From an uncultured Acidobacteriota bacterium (GTDB lineage: Bacteria > Acidobacteriota > Vicinamibacteria > Vicinamibacterales > CAVVIG01): a stretch of DNA of 64,000 nt. The stretch spans positions 299,603 through 363,602 of the forward strand of contig CAVRLS010000013.1 in assembly GCA_963722395.1 (NCBI GenBank). Reading direction: 5' to 3'. The notes below the pieces were generated by a model that did no database searches, had not been told where the DNA came from, and saw only the letters and a list, made by a program, of their open reading frames with translations. The stretch's first letter is position 1; each line of letters opens with the position of its first letter. This document shows, one piece after another, positions 62,078 to 64,000 of the stretch. The translations under genes and the position numbers were made by a program.

Positions 62078-62992
62078 CTACGGCCCGACGTCACCGCCCG
62101 GCACGATGTAGCCGTCGCGGGCCGAGACCCGCGCACGTCGGTTCTTCACGCGCACGGTCACGGCGTGCCAGCCGGGGACCGCGCTCGACGGGGCATAGGT
62201 CAGCACATAGCGCGCGCGCATTTCACCGAGCGCATCGAGGAAGCGCTCCCGGAGGTCGGCAGGGTCGTCGGCGCTCAGCAGGCGCCCGCCGGTCGACTCC
62301 GAGAGCCGGCGCATCTGCGACTCACCCGAGTCGACGGCGTCGCGCGCCGCCCGGCGGTCGCGCATTGCCACAGCGTAGAGCACGGCATCGGACGCCCGCC
62401 CTTGCTCGAGGACCGTGCTGGCGGGCAGCCAGCTGAGGGTGTCGGTGCCGTCGGTGAAGAGCAGGATCAGCGTGCGCCTGGTGCTCGCCGCCGTGAGGTT
62501 CAACGCCACCGACGCTGCATCGAACAGAGCGGTGGCGCCGTCCGGCTCGACAGCATCCAGCGCTGCGGCGACGTCCGCGGCCGGTCCGAGCGGCACGGTG
62601 AGCTGCACGGTGTGATTGAAGACGAGCAGTCCCGCACGGTCGTCGGCCCCCAGGGCGGCGAGGAGGGCGCGGGCCGAATCGCGCAGGTGACCGATCGTGG
62701 CGCCGCGAGTGCTGGCACTGCGATCGAACGCAAGGAGGATGTCGAGCGGCTCGTGCTCGGCGAAGAGCGCATCCACCGGCTGCAGGTCGCCGTTGTCACG
62801 CACCTCGAAGTCGGCGGCGGTCAACCCGGTCAGCGGCCGCCGCCCGTCAGTGGCCAGCACATCGAGCCGCACCACGCTGACTGCCGAGCGGAACAGCGCC
62901 TGCTGCGCCGCGGCAGACGACGGCGCCGCCGCGTGCCACGACACCAGGGCGATTAGGACACAGGGAGTCGCGGCCCCGCCACACCGGCTCAC
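62078..62992 (-). CDS. VWA domain protein (acidobacterial VWFA-related, TIGR03436-like)
   Basis: FRSAVSVVRLDVLATDGRRPLTGLTAADFEVRDNGDLQPV; MIDAS-like DILLAFDRSAST...DGATAL...LLFTDGTDT. The GTG start overlaps the upstream stop (GTGA). Confidence 0.8.
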   Translation of the reverse strand: MSRCGGAATPCVLIALVSWHAAAPSSAAAQQALFRSAVSVVRLDVLATDGRRPLTGLTAADFEVRDNGDLQPVDALFAEHEPLDILLAFDRSASTRGATIGHLRDSARALLAALGADDRAGLLVFNHTVQLTVPLGPAADVAAALDAVEPDGATALFDAASVALNLTAASTRRTLILLFTDGTDTLSWLPASTVLEQGRASDAVLYAVAMRDRRAARDAVDSGESQMRRLSESTGGRLLSADDPADLRERFLDALGEMRARYVLTYAPSSAVPGWHAVTVRVKNRRARVSARDGYIVPGGDVGP

Positions 62993-63984
62993 GGCGTCGT
63001 CACCGTGGCGCGCATCGACAGCAACAGCCGGGCGCGGCGTTCCGGCGTCTGGCCAAAGCGGTAGTGCCACCACGGGTCATCGCAGTGGCTCGAGTCCATC
63101 GTTGTCAGCCGTCCCACCAGGGCGGCCGCGTCTTCCATCCGGCCTTCGGCACGGCGTACGGCGGCGAGACCGACCAGCGCGGTCTGGCACGAGGGGAACA
63201 GTGCAGCCGCCTGCTCGTAGCCGGCCGCAGCCGCGGCGTACCGGCGGGCGCTCGCGTCGGCAGCGGCGCTGAACAGCCACGCGAGATAGCGCCAGGCGTC
63301 GTCGGCCGCCGCGGCGCGCACCGGCTCGAGGGTCCGCAGGGCGTTGGCCGGCCGATGCAGTTCCAACCATGTCCGACCGAGCCTGACCCGCGCCTGGTCG
63401 AAGTCCGGTGAGTCGGCCGGCATCCGCCGGTAGACCGATACCGCTCGGTCGAGATATTCCGGCCGGCCGTCGGTCCAGGCGGACGCTTCGAAATAGGCGC
63501 CGGCGGTGACGATCGCCGCGCCGTCGGCCGGGTAGTCGGCGAGCAGGAGATCGACCCAGGGGCGCGCCGACGCCAGGTCGGCCTGCGCGTGCAGGAACCA
63601 GGTGACCACCAGCAGCCAGTTGCGCCGGAAGTCGCGGCCGACTACAGCCCCCCTCTGGAGGTCCGCGGCGCGCCGCGCCGCCTCCAGGTGGGTGGCGACC
63701 CGCGACGGCGGCACCCAGCCGTCCACCACCGCGTCGGTGTGGAGCAGCACGGCGGCCCGTGCCTGGCGCGGCGTCCATCCCCGCGTGTCGCGCAGGGTGT
63801 CGGCGACGGCCCTCGAGACCCAGGCCGGGTCTTGCGCTGCCAGCGTCTGTACTGCCTCTTCCGTCCGGCCGTTCTGATACTGGTCGAGCAGCGCCGCGTA
63901 TCCCTCGGCGGCGGCCTGTGCCCGTACGGTTGTGGCGGGGGCGAGCCCGCACGCCAGTAGCGCCCCGGCGAGCAGGGCGCGCAC
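62989..63984 (-). CDS. Secreted helical-repeat (TPR-like) hypothetical protein
   Basis: GTG start, signal peptide MRALLAGALLACGLAPATTVRA, Ala/Arg/Leu-rich helical repeats. Translationally coupled to the VWA gene. Confidence 0.5.
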   Translation of the reverse strand: MRALLAGALLACGLAPATTVRAQAAAEGYAALLDQYQNGRTEEAVQTLAAQDPAWVSRAVADTLRDTRGWTPRQARAAVLLHTDAVVDGWVPPSRVATHLEAARRAADLQRGAVVGRDFRRNWLLVVTWFLHAQADLASARPWVDLLLADYPADGAAIVTAGAYFEASAWTDGRPEYLDRAVSVYRRMPADSPDFDQARVRLGRTWLELHRPANALRTLEPVRAAAADDAWRYLAWLFSAAADASARRYAAAAAGYEQAAALFPSCQTALVGLAAVRRAEGRMEDAAALVGRLTTMDSSHCDDPWWHYRFGQTPERRARLLLSMRATVTTP

Positions 63985-64000
63985 GGAGTCGCCGGGCCGG

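Overview
High-GC bacterial chromosomal segment. The CarboxypepD_reg-type TonB-dependent receptors and a TIGR03436-like VWA protein suggest an Acidobacteriota-like organism, but this is inference only. I can support about 50 protein genes, one tRNA-Arg(TCT), a few terminators and promoters, and one IS remnant. I saw no rRNA, CRISPR array, prophage or intact mobile element. Layout: (a) 0-6.2 kb holds two-component genes (GAF/PAS kinase, two stand-alone receivers, an RsbRD_N-type kinase) mixed with gene remnants and a transposase tail next to tRNA-Arg. (b) 6.3-23 kb holds housekeeping and accessory enzymes, including an archaeal/eukaryotic-type FEN-1 nuclease, an XDH-family molybdoenzyme convergent on an iorA-iorB-cytochrome c set, an AlkZ/YcaQ-like glycosylase, a pilin and a 5'-nucleotidase. 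(c) 23-48 kb is dominated by three large TonB-dependent receptor (TBDR) paralogues, four paralogues of an uncharacterised secreted protein family, and a seven-gene co-directional locus of exported haem-c, Cu and PQQ redox proteins (36.8-46.2 kb). This locus is my best candidate for an undescribed system. (d) 48-64 kb holds a serine hydrolase, a CBM9/DUF5916 barrel protein with a poly-Gly tract, a cupin with a histone-H1-like tail, an MFS pump, an orphan rsmH, an ECF sigma/anti-sigma/2xDUF4097 module, GDPD and VWA/TPR genes. About 15 of the ~50 genes need one or more frame changes to give a full-length homologue. These changes are strongly clumped (31.7-36.6 kb and iorAB). Without reads I cannot tell assembly indel errors from real pseudogenisation. 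All family assignments come from motif recognition by eye, with no database search.
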